From Mobula birostris (lineage: Eukaryota): 64,000 bases of DNA. Under the pieces are notes generated by a model. The model ran no database searches and was not told where the DNA came from. It was given only the letters and a program-made list of their open reading frames with translations. Shown here piece after piece: positions 46,456-59,511 of this stretch. Numbering within the stretch: the stretch's first letter is position 1; each line of letters starts with the position of its first letter. The position numbers and the translations under genes were made by a program. The DNA is taken from positions 19,365,820 to 19,429,819 of the forward strand of contig NC_092396.1 in assembly GCF_030028105.1 (NCBI RefSeq), written 5' to 3'.

Positions 46456-46576
46456 GTACCTCTGTCCCACTGTTCCAAGAGCTGTGGCCTGGGCCAAAAG
46501 AAACTTATCATCAGTCTTTACTCCTGCTGCTTTGAATGTGAAGATTGCCCAAGTGGAACCTTCCAGAACTCAACTG
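46456..46576 (+). CDS. TAS1R3-like: Gene B exon 5 (cysteine-rich domain)
   Basis: Acceptor cattcacag|GTA; VPLSHCSKSCGLGQKK..SCCFECEDCPSGTFQNST; donor G|GTGAGC; 121 nt. Confidence 0.92.
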
Positions 46577-47104
46577 GTGAGCCTGAATAGTTCTATTTCA
46601 AAATGTATCGGACCGTATTAGAATAGAGGAATTAGAACAGATTGTTCTCTGAAACATCTTACTGACAGCAACTAATTTATATTTGTAGGTATAGAGTGCA
46701 AATATAGAATTAAAAAGAGAGTTATAGGGCTGTATCCAGTTGAGAAGGTTTGGACAGATATTAATAAAGGTTCAAATTCTAGACATATAACATGACTGAC
46801 ATCTGAGAGTGAATTGCAGCTGTAATATAATTTAGGGCTTTTGAACCTGGTTAATGGAGTAAGAATTACCAAGAGTGAGTTACAATCTGGAATCCAATCA
46901 AGGAGTTCAAAGATTCATATGCAAGGTAAAACATTCCTGGCAGTAAAGTTTAGGCTAGAATATAACTCAAGTTCTTTACAAGTGGAATAGCACATAACCG
47001 GTTTTGGTTTAATTAACAGAATATCTGGATTATGCACTAGAATTTCAGGTGGTTTCATGTTACAGAAAATGGGAGTAATTTAAGGAAGGGAAGGAAATTA
47101 AGGA

Positions 47105-47675
47105 AGGTGAGGCCTCATTTGGAGTATTTTGAGCAGTTTAGGGATCCTAATCAAAGGAAGGATGTGTTGACGTTTGAGAGGGCTCAAAGAAGATTCACAA
47201 AAATGATTCTGGGATTGAAGGGCTTGAGATATGAGGAGTGTTTGATGCCCCTGGGCCTCTATTCACTGGAATTCAGAAGAATGAGGGGTGACCTCTGTGA
47301 AACCTATCGACTGTTGAAAGATCTCGACAGAGTGGATGTGGAGAAGATGTTTTCTATGGTAGGGAAGTCTAAGATCAGAAAGCACAGCCTCAGAATAGAG
47401 GGGCATCCTTTTAGAACAGAGATGAGGAGGTATTTTTTTAGCCAGAGAATGGTGAGTCTGTGGAATTCATTGTTACTGGCAGCTGTGAAGGCAAGTCATT
47501 AGGTGGATTTAAAGCAGAGGTTGATGGATTCTTGGTTGGTCAGACCATGAAGGGATACAGGGAGAAGGCAGGAGACTGGGGCCGAGAGAGAAAATGGACC
47601 AGCCATAACGAAATGCAGGAGCAGGCTTCAATAGCCAAATGGCCTGATTCTGCTCCTATATCTTATGGTCTTATC
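47105..47675 (+). mobile_element. CR1 LINE 3' fragment in gene B intron 5
   Basis: RPHLEY...LGLYSLEFRRMRGDL...FFSQR and the CR1 tail. Confidence 0.85.
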
Positions 47676-47887
47676 AGCTAAAAGGCTCAGGTGATTTGAA
47701 TATAGAATGATAGACTCCCAGGCTAGAGTCTAATTAAGTATAGCAATTTATAAACGGACAAAGTGGAATGTGCTTAAGGTTGAAATATCATTTGTTGTAA
47801 TATGTGCGGAACTATGTCATTCATATATAGTACTTAATAAGCATTATCAGATGGTTTGCATGTGACAATTTAATTTTGCTGTTCCAG

Positions 47888-48816
47888 ATGGTTTTTTCTG
47901 TTATCATTGCCAACCAGATGAATGGTCTCTGCCAAAAAGCTCTTCCTGCTTCAAGAGAACTCTTCAGTACCTGTCTGTGTCCTCACCTGTTGGTGTGACT
48001 CTGCTCCTGTTTATGGTGCTTGAGCTCATGCTAATATTGGCTGTCACAGTCATCTTCCTGGTGAATTCTGGTGCCCCGATTGTGGAAGGTACCGGTGGGA
48101 AAATGAACATAGTCATCCTAATCTCACTGGCTCTCTTATGCTGCAGCTCATTGCTTTTCCTTGGAGAACCTACTGAACTCACCTGCAAGTTACGCCAGCC
48201 AGTGACTACTCTTAGCCTTACCATCTGCACATCAGTTCTGCTTATCAATTCAGTACAGATCCTGCTCACCACGGAGCTAACCAGTTTAAGCAAGCCTTTC
48301 CTCTGCAAATACCAATGCTCTGGAAGGTACTTTATCCTCTGTGCCAGCCTTGGGGGGCAAGGAGCCCTTTGTTACCTGTGGCTGAAGACACATGGTGACT
48401 TTCTGATGATGACCACAGGCGATTCTGAAGGTGCCCTTTCCCTCTTCTGCAAGAGTGATTCAGAGCTGGTGTTCTGGCTGATGTTGGGATATAGTGGCCT
48501 CCAGGCGCTGGCCTGCTTCATGTGTACCTTTCTGATCCAAACACCGGCTCGAACCTACAATCTAGCCTGGGAGATTAGTGTTGCCATGATCTTCTTTATC
48601 TCTGTCTGGATTTGCTTTATCCCAACCTACACAGCTGTAAAAAAGAACTACGCACCTGCTGTACAGATCAGTGCTATGCTCCTCAGTTCCATGGCAATAC
48701 TTGGTGCCTATTTTATCCCCAAATGTTTTGTGCTTTGGTTTAAGTCACAGTACAATACCAGAGATTACTTCCAAGTTTATAATCTTAAAATTTCAGTAAA
48801 GGAGGAGCATCAATGA
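47888..48816 (+). CDS. TAS1R3-like: Gene B exon 6 (7TM domain)
   Basis: Acceptor gctgttccag|AT; DGFFCYHCQPDEWS..C..CKLRQP..WICFIPTY..YFIPKCF; TGA at 48814-48816; open frame. Confidence 0.93.
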
Positions 48817-49054
48817 TATAAAGTGTCTGAATCTGCTTAAGAGATAGTTCAGATAGTTAGAGGAAGGAATTCACATAGATGGAAAATCACGGATAGAGAG
48901 CAGGTCTTGTGTAGGTGGGGAGAGGGAGGGAAATGGATTGTGAAAAGCATTTGGCTAGAGGGACGGGGTCAATTGGGGAAGGACATGGATTAATGAACAG
49001 GTATAACAAGGAAAATGGCACATCAGAACGAATTCATGATCTCACTGATCATTT

Positions 49055-51300
49055 CTCATTTGGGTGCCCTGGTCCTCATTCTTAGCTGCATTCTATCTGT
49101 GTCTCTGGTCTTAGGCTCTCCCACCATAGGAAACATCCTCTCCACATCCACTCTATCAAGGCCTTTCATCATTTTATATGTCTCAATGAGGTCACCCCTC
49201 ATTCTTCTGAGTTTAGTGAGTACAGGCCCAGAGCCATCAAACACTCTTCACATGACAAGCCATTCAATCCTGGAATCATTTTCATGAACCTCCTTTGCAC
49301 CCTCTGCAGATTCAGCACATCTTTTCTAAGATAAAGGGCCCAAACCTGCCCACAATACTTCAAGTAAGGCCTCACCAGTGCTTTATAAAGTTTCAACATT
49401 ACATCCTTGCATTTATATTCTAGTCCTCTTGAACTAAATGCAAACATTTTAGTTGCCTTCCTCACCACAGACTCAACCTTCAGGGAATCCTGCATAAGGA
49501 CTCCCAGATCCCTTTGCACCTCAGAAAATAATTAACCCTTTCATTTCTTCTACCAAGATGCATGGCTGTACACTTTCAACTCTGTATTCCATCTGTCATT
49601 TCTTTGCCCATTCTCCTAATCTGTCTAAGTCCTTCTGTAGCTTCTCTGCTTCCTCAAAACTACCTGCCCCTCCACCTATCTTCATATCATCTGCAAACTT
49701 TGCAACAAAGCCATCAATTCCATCATCCAAATTATTGACCTATAGCATAAAAATAATCAGTCCCAACACAGACTCCTGTGGAACACCACTAGTCACCGGC
49801 AGCCAGTCAGAAAAGGCTCCCTTTAGTTTCACTCTTTGCCTCCTGCCAATCAGCCTCTGCTTTATCCATGCTAGAATCTTGCCTGTAGTACCATTTTTTT
49901 ACCAGCAGAGTAATGCCACCCCCTCTGCCTTTCTGCCTATCCCTTCAATACGATGTGTATCCTTGGCCATTATGCTCCCAGCTATAATCTTTCAGCCATG
50001 AATCAGTGATGGCCATAACATCATACCTGCCAATCTGGAATTGTGCTGCAAGTTCACTGACTTTATTCTGTATACTGTACACATTCAGATACACCTTCAG
50101 TCCTGTATTGACCCTTTTCAAATTTGTCGCACCATGCTCAACCTTTTGATTCCCAACTTTGTCTGTGGTCTTATCAACATCTGCCTCCACAACCTCTCCA
50201 CTAACTGTTCTGTCTCTCTGTTTCCCATACCCCTGCAGTTCTAGCTTACATCTCACCGTGCTGCATTAACAAACCTTCCTTCTAGGGTATTAGTCCCATC
50301 CAGTTCAGGGGCAAACCGTCCCTTCAGTACATGCATGTCCCACCTTCCCTGGAAGAGAGCCCAATGATCCAAAACTCTTATGCCCTCCCTCCTACACCAA
50401 CTCCTCAGCCACATATTAAACTGTATAATCTTCCTAGTTCTAGCCTCACTAGCACGTGACTTGGCTAGTAATCCTGAGATCACAACCCTGGAGCCTCACT
50501 AGCACGTGGCACAGGTAGCAATCCTGAGATCACAACCCTGGAGGTCCTGCCCTTTAACTTAGCACCTAACTCACTCAACTCCCTATGAAGAACCTCACCA
50601 TTCATCCTACCCATGTCATTGGTACCTACATGGACCACGACTTCTGGCTGCTCACCCTCCCACTTAAGAATGTTGTGTACTTGATCTGAGATATCCCGGA
50701 CCTTGGCAGACCAGAGGCATCACACCATCTGGGAATCTTATTCTCGCCCACAGAACCTTCTCTCCATTCCTCTAACTAATGAATCCCTGATCACCACAGC
50801 ATGCCTCTTCTTCCCCCTTCCCTTCTGAGTCACAGAGACAGACTCAGTGCCAGAGACCCAACCGCTGTGACTTTCCTTTGTTAGGCCTTCCATCCTGACA
50901 GTATCCAAAGTGATATCCCTGTTGTTGAGGGGGATGGACACAGGGGTACTCTGCACTGACCCCTTAACTCCTTTCCCCTTCCTGACTATCACCCAGTTTC
51001 CAGTATCCTGCACTTTGGGTTTAACTATGTGTTATCTACCATCCCTTCAGCCTCCTGAATGATCTGGAGCTCATCCAGTTCCAGGTCCATCTCCTTAATG
51101 TGGTTTGTTAGAAGCTGCAGCTGGATGCACCTCTCGCAGTTGTAGTGGTCAGGGATACTGGAGGTCTCCCTGCCTCCCCACATCCTGCAAGAGGAGCATT
51201 GTATTATCCTGCCTGGCATCTCTACTATCCTAGCTGAGCAGATATAAAGAAGAGAAGGGGAAAAAATTAGCCTTTTTCCCTCTACTTTCTCTGAGTGAAG
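49055..51300 (-). mobile_element. Decayed, internally deleted CR1 LINE (ORF1 zinc finger/esterase plus RT pieces)
   Basis: CSSCRMW..CERC zinc finger, VVIRDSLVRG, ISGLL esterase, RT pieces; 50-bp tandem duplication at 50442-50541. Confidence 0.8.
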
Positions 51301-51762
51301 CCTCAAAGAGCTAAAGTCTTAAGATCACCACTCTATGCCCACTCAGATGATGGCCGCTGCGCTTGCCCCTGCCTGCCTTTAATTTGCTCTTACTAAGCAA
51401 TTCCAAACACTGATTGGCTGCTGGTCAAAGCTCTATTACACTGCTGCCAAATGCTGCTGCCTTTTATCCTCGGCAAGTGGACCTGTTTGAAGTCCCCTTC
51501 TCTCCAAACTTCCGATGTCCAATTGGTGGCTGGTCAAGGCTATAAAGCAAAAGCCCTCTCCTTGTTTTTACATTGACTCTGACTTCCCTTGACAGTCACT
51601 GTTGTGTTATCCTGCCTTTAGAATACTGCTTCTTCTTTGGGATGTTTCAATCTGGCATTTTCCACAATTTTCCCTGAAACTCCAGCCTTTGCTGCTCTGC
51701 CGTCATCCCTGCTAGTGTCCCTTCCAGTTAACTTTGGCCAGTTGCTCTCTCATGCCTCTGTA

Positions 51763-52248
51763 CGAGGGGTGATTGATAAGTTCATGGCCCAAGGTAGAAG
51801 GAGTCAGTTTTAGAAAACCTAGCACATTTATTTTTCCTACATTTACACACTTAATCCAGCGGTCGTGGAGCATACGGATCCCTTCTTTGTAGAAGTTGGC
51901 ATCTTGGACCTCCAGAAGTGGTCCACAGCAGGGATGATTAATAAGTTTGTGGCCTAAGGTAGAAGGAGATGAGTTATTAACTTCAAGCTTTCTGCATTTG
52001 CACTCAAAGAGTTGAACTGTATGTGCATGTAACGAGAGCTGTATAACTCATCTCCTTCTACCTTAGGTCACGAACTTATCAATCACCCCTGCTGTGGACC
52101 ACTTCTACAAAGAAGGGATCCGTATGCTCCACGACCGCTGGACTAAGTGTGTACATGTAGGAGGGGACTACATTGAAAAATAAATGTGCTAGATTTTCTA
52201 AAATTGACTCCTTCTACCATAGGCCACGAACTTATCAATCACCCCTCG
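51763..52248. mobile_element. Mariner-like MITE with long TIRs and TA TSD
   Basis: TA|CGAGGGGTGATTGATAAGTTC...GAACTTATCAATCACCCCTCG|TA; nearly fully palindromic. Confidence 0.9.
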
Positions 52249-52755
52249 TAATTTCCTTTACTCCACTGTGATACTGATTTATTTGACGTTAGCTTCTCTC
52301 ACTCAAATTGCAGGGTGAATTCTATCATAGTATGATCACTGTCTCCTAGGGGTTTCCTTTACTGAGCCATGACTCAGTGATGTCCACAGTGTCCTACCTG
52401 TCAATCTCTAACTGCGCTACAAAGTTATCTAACTTATTCTGTACACCGCGTGCATTCAAGTGTAACAGTTTTGTTCCTGTATCCATCACCCTTTTTGATT
52501 TTGTCCCCCTTTTACCCTGCAACTCATCCCACTGCCTGCAATTTTACCCTATCATCTGACTGTCCTTCCTGACAGTCTCACAACACTCTGCCTCTGCTTG
52601 TGAACCATCTGCCCCACCTCCAGCCCTATCATTCAGTTTTCCATTCCCCCGCCAAATTAGTTTAAACCCTTCTCAGCTGCTCCAGCAAATCTGCCCACAG
52701 GAATATTGCTCCCCCTTGGGTTCATGTGTAACCTGTCCCTTTTGTACAGGTCATA

Positions 52756-55339
52756 CAGTGGTGCTAGAAAGTTTGTGAACCCTGTAGATTTTTCTCTATT
52801 TCTGCATAAATATGACCTAAAATATGATCAGATCTTCACATGATCTTCACTAGATAAAGAGAACGTAATTAAATAAATAACCCCAAAACATTATACTTGT
52901 TCATTAATTTATTGAGAAAAATTATCCCATATTATATGTAAGAAACACACACAAAATGCTGGAGGAACTCAGCAGGCCAGGCAGCATCTATGGAAAAGAG
53001 TACAGTTGACAGTTCAGGCTGAGACCCTTCATCAGGACTGGAGAAAAAGGATGAGGAGTCAGGATTAGAAGGTGGGGGAGAGGTGGAAGAGAAACAAGGT
53101 GATAGGTGAAACCGGGAGGAGGGGAAGGGTGAAGTAGAGAGCTGGGAAGTTGATTGGTGAAAGAGGGCAGGAGAAGGGCAATCTGATAGGAGAGGACAGA
53201 AGACCGTGCAAGAAAGAAAAGTGGGGAGGATCACCAGATGGAGGTGATGGGCAGGCAAGGAGATAGGTGAGAGAGGGAAAAGGGGATGAGGAGTGGTGTA
53301 ATTACCGGAAGTTCGAGAAATTGATGTTCATGCCAAAATGTTGGAGGCTAACCAGACAGAACATAAGGTGTTGCTCATCCCACCTGAGTGTGGCCTCATC
53401 GTGGCAGTAGAGGAGACCATGGACTGACGTATGGGAATGGGAAGTGCAATTAAAGTGGGTGGCCACTGGGAGATCCCACTTTTTCTGGCAGACAGCGTGT
53501 AGGTGCTTGGCAAAGCAATCTCCTAGTCTACAGATATACAGGAGGCCGCACTGGGAGCATGGGCTACAGTAGTTGACCCCAATAGACTCGCAGGTGAAGT
53601 GTCACCTCACCTGGAAGAATGGTTCAGGGCCCTGAATGGCAGTGAGGGAGGAGGTGTAGGGGCAAGTGTAGCACTTGTTCTGCTTGCAAGGATAAGTGCC
53701 GGGGGGGGAGATCAGTGGGGATGGATGAATGGACAAGGGAGTCATGTAGGGAGCAATCCCTGCAGAAAGTGGGGGGGGAGGGAAGGGAAAGATGTACTGG
53801 GTGGTGGGATCCTATTGGAGATGGCAGACGTTACGGAGAATTATGTGCTGGAAGCGGAGGCTGGTGGGGTAGTAGGTGAGGACAAGAGGAACCCTATCCC
53901 TGGTGGGGTAGTGGGAGGATGGGATGAGGGCAGATATGAGGTTCAAAGTATGTGAACCTTGGGGTTATACCTTCTACAAAAGCTATTTGGAGTCAGGTAT
54001 CCCAATCAATGAGATGAGATTGGAGTTGTGGGTTGTAGAGGTGCCCTGCCCTATAAAAAAGACATACAAGGTTAGGTTACTGTCAAAGCCTGCTTTTCTC
54101 AAGAAAGATCTGTTTATGTACACCATGCCACAATCAAAACAACTTTCAGAGGATCTTAGTAGGACTATAGAGATGCATGAAGCTGAAAAAGGCTACAAAA
54201 CCATTTCTAAACACCTGAGTGATAATCAGTTCCACAATAAGAGTAATTGTTTACAAATGGAGGAAATTCAATACCTTTGCTGCTCTCCCTAGGAGAGGGC
54301 ATCTTGCAAAAATCACACCAAGAGCACAATGCTGAAGGAGGTGAAAAAGAACCCAAGGTTAACAGCAAAAGACCTGCAGAAATCTCTAGAACTTGCTAAG
54401 GTCTCTGTTCATGTGTCCACTGTAAGAAAGACACTGAACAAGAATGGTGTTCATGGAAGGAAACCACGGAGGAAACCACTGCTGTCAAAAAAAAAAATTG
54501 CTGCATAACTCAAGTTTGCAAAAGAACCACTTGAATGTTCTACAACACTTCTGGGACAATGTTCTGTGGACAGATGAGACAAAAGTTGAACTTTTTAGCA
54601 GAAATGCACATTGCTATGTCTGAAGGAAAACACACACCAACACCAAAACCTCATCCCAACTGTGAAGCATGGTGGAAGGAGCATCATGGCTTGGGGCTGC
54701 TTTGCTGCCTCAGGACAGCTTGCAATCATTGAGAAAACAATGAATTCAAAATTGTATCAAGACATTTTACAGGAGAATGTCAGGGTTGCAGTTCATCACT
54801 TGAAGCTTAATAGAAATTGGATAATGCCACAAAGCAATGATCCAAAAGACAAGAGTAAATCAACAACAGAATGGTTTAAAAAAGAAAATTCGTGTTTTTG
54901 GAATGGCTGAGTCAAAGTATTAATCCTATAGAAATGTTGTGGAGGGACCCGAAGCAAGCAGTTCATGCAAGGAAACCCACCACCATCCCAGAGTTCATGA
55001 AGTTTTGTAAGGAAGAATGGCCTAAAATTTCTCCAAGCCGATGTGCAGGACTAATCAACAGTTACCAGAAAATGTTTGGTTGAAGTTATTGCTGTTCGCG
55101 GAAGTCACACCAGTTACTGAGAGCAAAACTTCACATACTTTTTCCAATAAATACATGTAATATTGGATCATTTTTCTCAATAAACAAATGAACAAGTATA
55201 ATGTTTTTGTGTTATTTATTTAATTGGCTTCTTTTTATCGAGTTTTAGGGCTTAAGTGACGATCTGATCACATTGTAGGTCATATTTATGCAGAAATAGA
55301 GAAAATTCTAAAGGGTCCACAAACTTTCTAGCACCACTG
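52756..55339 (+). mobile_element. Tc1-family DNA transposon with decayed transposase (about 54125-55120)
   Basis: TA|CAGTGGTGCTAGAAAGTTTGTG...CACAAACTTTCTAGCACCACTG|TA, long TIRs; MPQSKQLSEDL, WTDETK, PTVKHGGRSIMAWGCF, NPIEMLW; several frameshifts. Confidence 0.92.
52941..53935 (-). mobile_element. Penelope-like element fragment nested in the Tc1
   Basis: Reverse-strand GIY-YIG remnants plus terminal repeat with a hammerhead-like motif at 53003-53040. Confidence 0.75.
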
Positions 55340-56714
55340 TAGTTTCCCCAGAAAAGATCTTAGTGATCCAGAAATCTGAAACTTGCCACCCCCCCGCCCC
55401 CGCACCAGCTCCTCAGCCACACATTCATTTGCCAAATCATCCTATACATACACTCACTGCTGCATGATAGAGGTAGCAATCTGGAGATTACTATCCCAGA
55501 GGCCTTGTTTCTCAACATTCTACCTAGCTCCCTAAATTCTCTCTTCAGGACCTTCTCCCTTTTTCCTATCTATGTCTTTGGTGCTATTACGTATCAAAGC
55601 TTCTGGCTACTCACCCTCCCGTTTTAGAATGCCACGGACCTGATCTGAGACATCCTACCCTGGCACCTGGGAGGCTACATACCATCCACGTGAATCTATC
55701 ACATCCACAGAATCTCATGTCTAGTCCTCTACCTGCAGAATGCCCTGTCACTACTGCAATTGCCTTCTCCCCTCTTCTTTTCTGAGCCACAGCACCAGAC
55801 ACCCAGTCACTGCAGCTCCCCCTGGTAGGACATCCCATTCAACAGTATCCGAAGAAGTATACTTATACCGAGGAGAACAGCCACAGGTGTACTCTACAAC
55901 TGGCTGCCCATTTCCTTTCCCTCTCCTGACAGTCATCCAAGGTACCTGCTTCCTGCAATGTTGGGGTGACTACCTCCCTGCAGCTCCCATCTATCACCTC
56001 CTCAGTTTCCCATATGAGCCAAAGGTCATCAAGCTGCAGCTCCAGTTCCTCGACATGTTCTCTGAGGAACCTGGTGCAGATGTGGTTATCCAGGAAGCTG
56101 GAGGTCTGCCAGAATTCCTACAACTCTCACAAAGAACGCAATACTGTCCCTGGAGCCATCACCACTGCTCTAACTATGTACTAACAAAGAACGAAGAAGA
56201 AACTTACCACATATGTACCTTGCCCAAGCCTGATGAGCCAAAGCCTCCCCACCCTAACACTGGACCCCTCACACAATGTCTACTCTGCTTTCCCCTGCCT
56301 TTTTCTTTTTTTGCCCTTGCCAATGAACCACTATTTGACAGGGCCACCGGAAAATGCCGAACGTCCCCAAATGCTCCTTTTTAAATCTGACTCCTGACCT
56401 GTGAGTTGCTTCCTTTCTCGTTCCCAACTTGATTGGGCCGCCAGAAAAATGGCAGAAGCCTGCAAATGCTCCTTTTTAAAATTTCACTCATGGGCCCGTG
56501 TGTTGCCTCCTCTCTTGCTCGCGATTCGACTGGGCTGCTGAAATATGACAGCAGAAAAATCTGAAATTGAAAGACTGTGAAGGAATCAACTTTATCCACC
56601 CAAACTTTGGGCCAGAGGATTAAATCACTTCTCTTAACCAGTTATTTTCCAAGACCCTCCTATATCTAATTATTACTTAGCTATCTTGTTCTTGGTAGGC
56701 ACTTTAGATCACTG

Positions 56715-56972
56715 TATGCCAGGACAAATAGGTACAAGGACAGTTTCTTTCCGTATGCCATCAGTCTTATGAACACCTGAATTTTAGTCTATTACAAACC
56801 AAGTCCACCTGTAAGTACACAGGTATACCTCATTGTATATAGTTCACGATTATTTGCACTATTCTTTTATTTGCTCTTTGATTCTGTACAGCAAGAGCTC
56901 AGGGAAACCGGCATCAAATTCCCTGTATGTGTCCACATATTTGGCGATAATAAAGGATTCTGATTCTGATTT
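56715..56972 (+). mobile_element. L2/Rex-type LINE 3' end
   Basis: ARTNRYKDSFFPYAISLMN; AATAAA and (GATTCT)n tail. Confidence 0.6.
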
Positions 56973-57239
56973 TAATAGCACTTTCTGCGTGCTTTGTATC
57001 AATAGATATCAATACTCACCATTTTGTTGCAAACTCCCATGTGAATATCTGAATGATTCCCTTCATTTTGAGGATCTGTTTTACAATGGAAGTAACTGCC
57101 AAATATGATTACAACATTTTGTTTGAACTAGCTATAATGTTCACTTGGGGAAATATTTAAATAACTTTACAAATGTAAACTTCTAGCTCAAAATAAAGTG
57201 AATTATTCTAAGCATTCAATAAATGATTTATTCTTTAAA

Positions 57240-57698
57240 TATGCTGGGGTGCTGGGGCAATGGCATCAACACTGGTGATCCCAACATGCTCAATAAACTG
57301 ATTAGAAAGGCTGGCTCTGTCACAGGGGTCAAACTGGACACCCTGGAGGCTGTGGTAGAACAAAGGACCCCACGGAAAATCCTGGCAATTCTGGACAACT
57401 TTTCTCACCATCCGCATGCCACCTTGGCTGAACACAGGAGCACTTTTAGTAATAGACTAAGACAACTACGCTGCTCCAAAGAGCGCTATATGAGGTCATT
57501 CTTACCCTCGGCCATTAGGCTCTATAATGAGTCAACCTAGAGCTGGGGAAGTGAAGATCCTCTCCTGTTAAGACTGTCTGAGGTAACTGATTTTTTTTCT
57601 TTCTTACTTTTCTTCTAATATTTGTACATCTGTGCACTTGTAATGCTACTGAGACACTGTGATTTCCTTTGGGATCAATGAATTATCTATCTATCTAT
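57240..57698 (+). mobile_element. Rex1/Babar-type LINE 3' fragment
   Basis: LNKLIRKAGSVTG...STFSNRLRQLRCSKERYMRSFLPSAIRLYN; (TATC)n tail. Confidence 0.7.
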
Positions 57699-58725
57699 TG
57701 CTCAGTTTACTTTGATTTTTGAGCGAAGATTTTTTGTTTATTTATTATAAGATACAATTAATGTTGTGATTCATGCTCCTTTGCTTTTCTGCTATGTGGG
57801 CTCCCACTGCTGGAGTTCTCAGACATTCTGCTCATGTACAGATATATGTCTGAGCCTGGATAATACATTAATAGTGTTAAAGTCTTGCGAGTCTTCACTC
57901 TGTCTAAGATAGATTGCTTCTGCCCAGAGGTTAGTATCGGAGGTTTCTGAAAGATCTTAAGTTCAAAGAGACGAAATAGCATATTTATTTTAACTGCTTA
58001 CTAATCTGGGTTTCGGAATTGGGCAAGGTTAAAATTGACCCCAGTCTTTTCTGTGCTATGAACTCAAACCTGCAGAGAGAAGACATTTAAATTAATGCTC
58101 AGCTAAGATCAAGTACGCTGCATTCTCATGAGAAACCAGCTGTTAGTGCTTAGGCATGAGGTATGTGCTGAGAGCTCTGTTGCTTCCTGCTGTTTCCTCA
58201 AGCTGTGAACTGGTGTTAATTACTGACGTAGTGGTGGGTTCTCGGTTGCTGATTGGGGACCAGTCGAACACCTTCATCCCGCAACAGTGGCTTTCCTGTC
58301 AAAGCAGCTGAATGAGGTTTTTGGAGGCCTTTGAGGGGAAAAGGGAGTGAAACACCACAGTTATATCTGACAGCAGAGGCTTTGTGACATGTAGGGACCA
58401 GACTGCAATGGTGTACACGTACACTGCTCGCGTTCTGATTGAGGGTTTCCCGATCTTCCTTGGCAAATATGCTGAATCAGCAAAATCAACATCTTTGAGA
58501 TTCCTTTCAGAATCTTGGACCGAAAAGTTGACGAGGATCAAAAGGAGGAGACATTTTCAGATCCATCAAACAACGCATAAGGTAGTACTTCAAGTGGATG
58601 TAAAGGAAACCATCATCAGCCACACTCCAGTTTCACAAATAGAAGAACCTGTGGCTACCTGATGTACACTAGACAACCCAGAGGATACAACACCTCCAAC
58701 CAACCTGGACACACTGCACTAAATG

Positions 58726-59410
58726 TGGAGGAGGAGGAGAAGATGGCAGTGCGATGCAGCTTGCGCGGCCACTCCGGTGAATGATATCTGTAATCTGTCA
58801 AGTAGGGTGCCATGCACAATCCTGATTTGATGGAGACAGTTGTGAGAGAACAGAGGAACATCTGGAGAAATTTCTGAAATGCCTTTTTCGCTGCCACTGT
58901 TACTGTGTGATCCAGAATCTCTGGAGGGGAAGGCCCCGAGTCCTCGGCTTTGCTTGTTGCTCGGCAGCTGGGACAGGGTCGAAGCACTCAGCAGAAATGG
59001 TGCTCGGTGCTCGGTGTCGAAGGGCTGGTCGGAGGCTCGAAGTTTTCGGACAGACTCAGAGTCGGTTATGGTCGGGTGCTTCCAATACATCAACAGTTGT
59101 TGGTGCCTGGAGGTTTATTGCAGGGAGAGTTTCTCCCTTCTGCCGCCTGCTATCAGGACTATCAGGAGTCGATTGGAACTTTGAGACTTTTTTTTTACCG
59201 TTCCCATGGTCTGTTCTTCATCAAATTATGGTATTGCTTTGCACTGCTGTAACTATATGTTATAATTATGTGGTCTTGTCAGTGTTAGTCTTTGGTTTGT
59301 CCTTTTTTTTGTGATATCACTCTGGAGGAACATTGTATCATTTCTTAATGCATGCATGCATTCCTAAATGACAATAAACGAGGACTGAGTGTCCTCATAA
59401 TTTAATCCAA
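58726..59410 (+). mobile_element. About 0.7-kb non-autonomous retroelement
   Basis: Homologous end to end with 29341-30060. Confidence 0.75.
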
Positions 59411-59511
59411 AATGACAATTCAAAGGCCATCAGGCTAGAGAACATGTGTTGCAGCCTGTTTGGGGGAGGTGGACCTCCTCCAAATGCCCCTTCAACCACG
59501 TGCAAGCATCT

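Larger units (their letters stand above)
38151..48816 (+). pseudogene. TAS1R3-like: Gene B: taste receptor type 1, T1R3/T1R4-type subunit; exons 38151(or 38178)-38374, 39917-40217, 41381-42177, 44322-44525, 46456-46576, 47888-48816; frameshift in exon 3
   Basis: Canonical GT-AG junctions with TAS1R phases. T1R3-type motifs LCNYSEY, GPWTSE, ISYGAS, SDDEYGRQG, WIASEAW, CTFL..TYNLA. Exon 3 is 797 nt (not 3n); the frame shifts at about 41858-41868 and TAA follows at 41894-41896. An assembly error cannot be excluded. Confidence 0.85.
52340..56200 (-). mobile_element. CR1 LINE 5' part (ORF1 and endonuclease start) interrupted by the Tc1 element
   Basis: The CR1 esterase sequence is continuous across the Tc1 (…tgtacaggtcata | gtttccccagaaaagatc…). 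Confidence 0.75.

Noticed and set aside
3515-48816. Alternative identity as V2R/OlfC, CaSR or GPRC6A
   Set aside because: The C-terminal motifs (FQSCIQDYT, NYNEAK, YNLA) and 121-nt exon 5 fit TAS1R better; a tree is still needed to name the paralogue.
55740-56384. 214-aa plus-strand ORF (likewise 53599-53955, 49558-50001, 23157-23666)
   Set aside because: Antisense or off-frame readings of CR1 and Penelope remnants.
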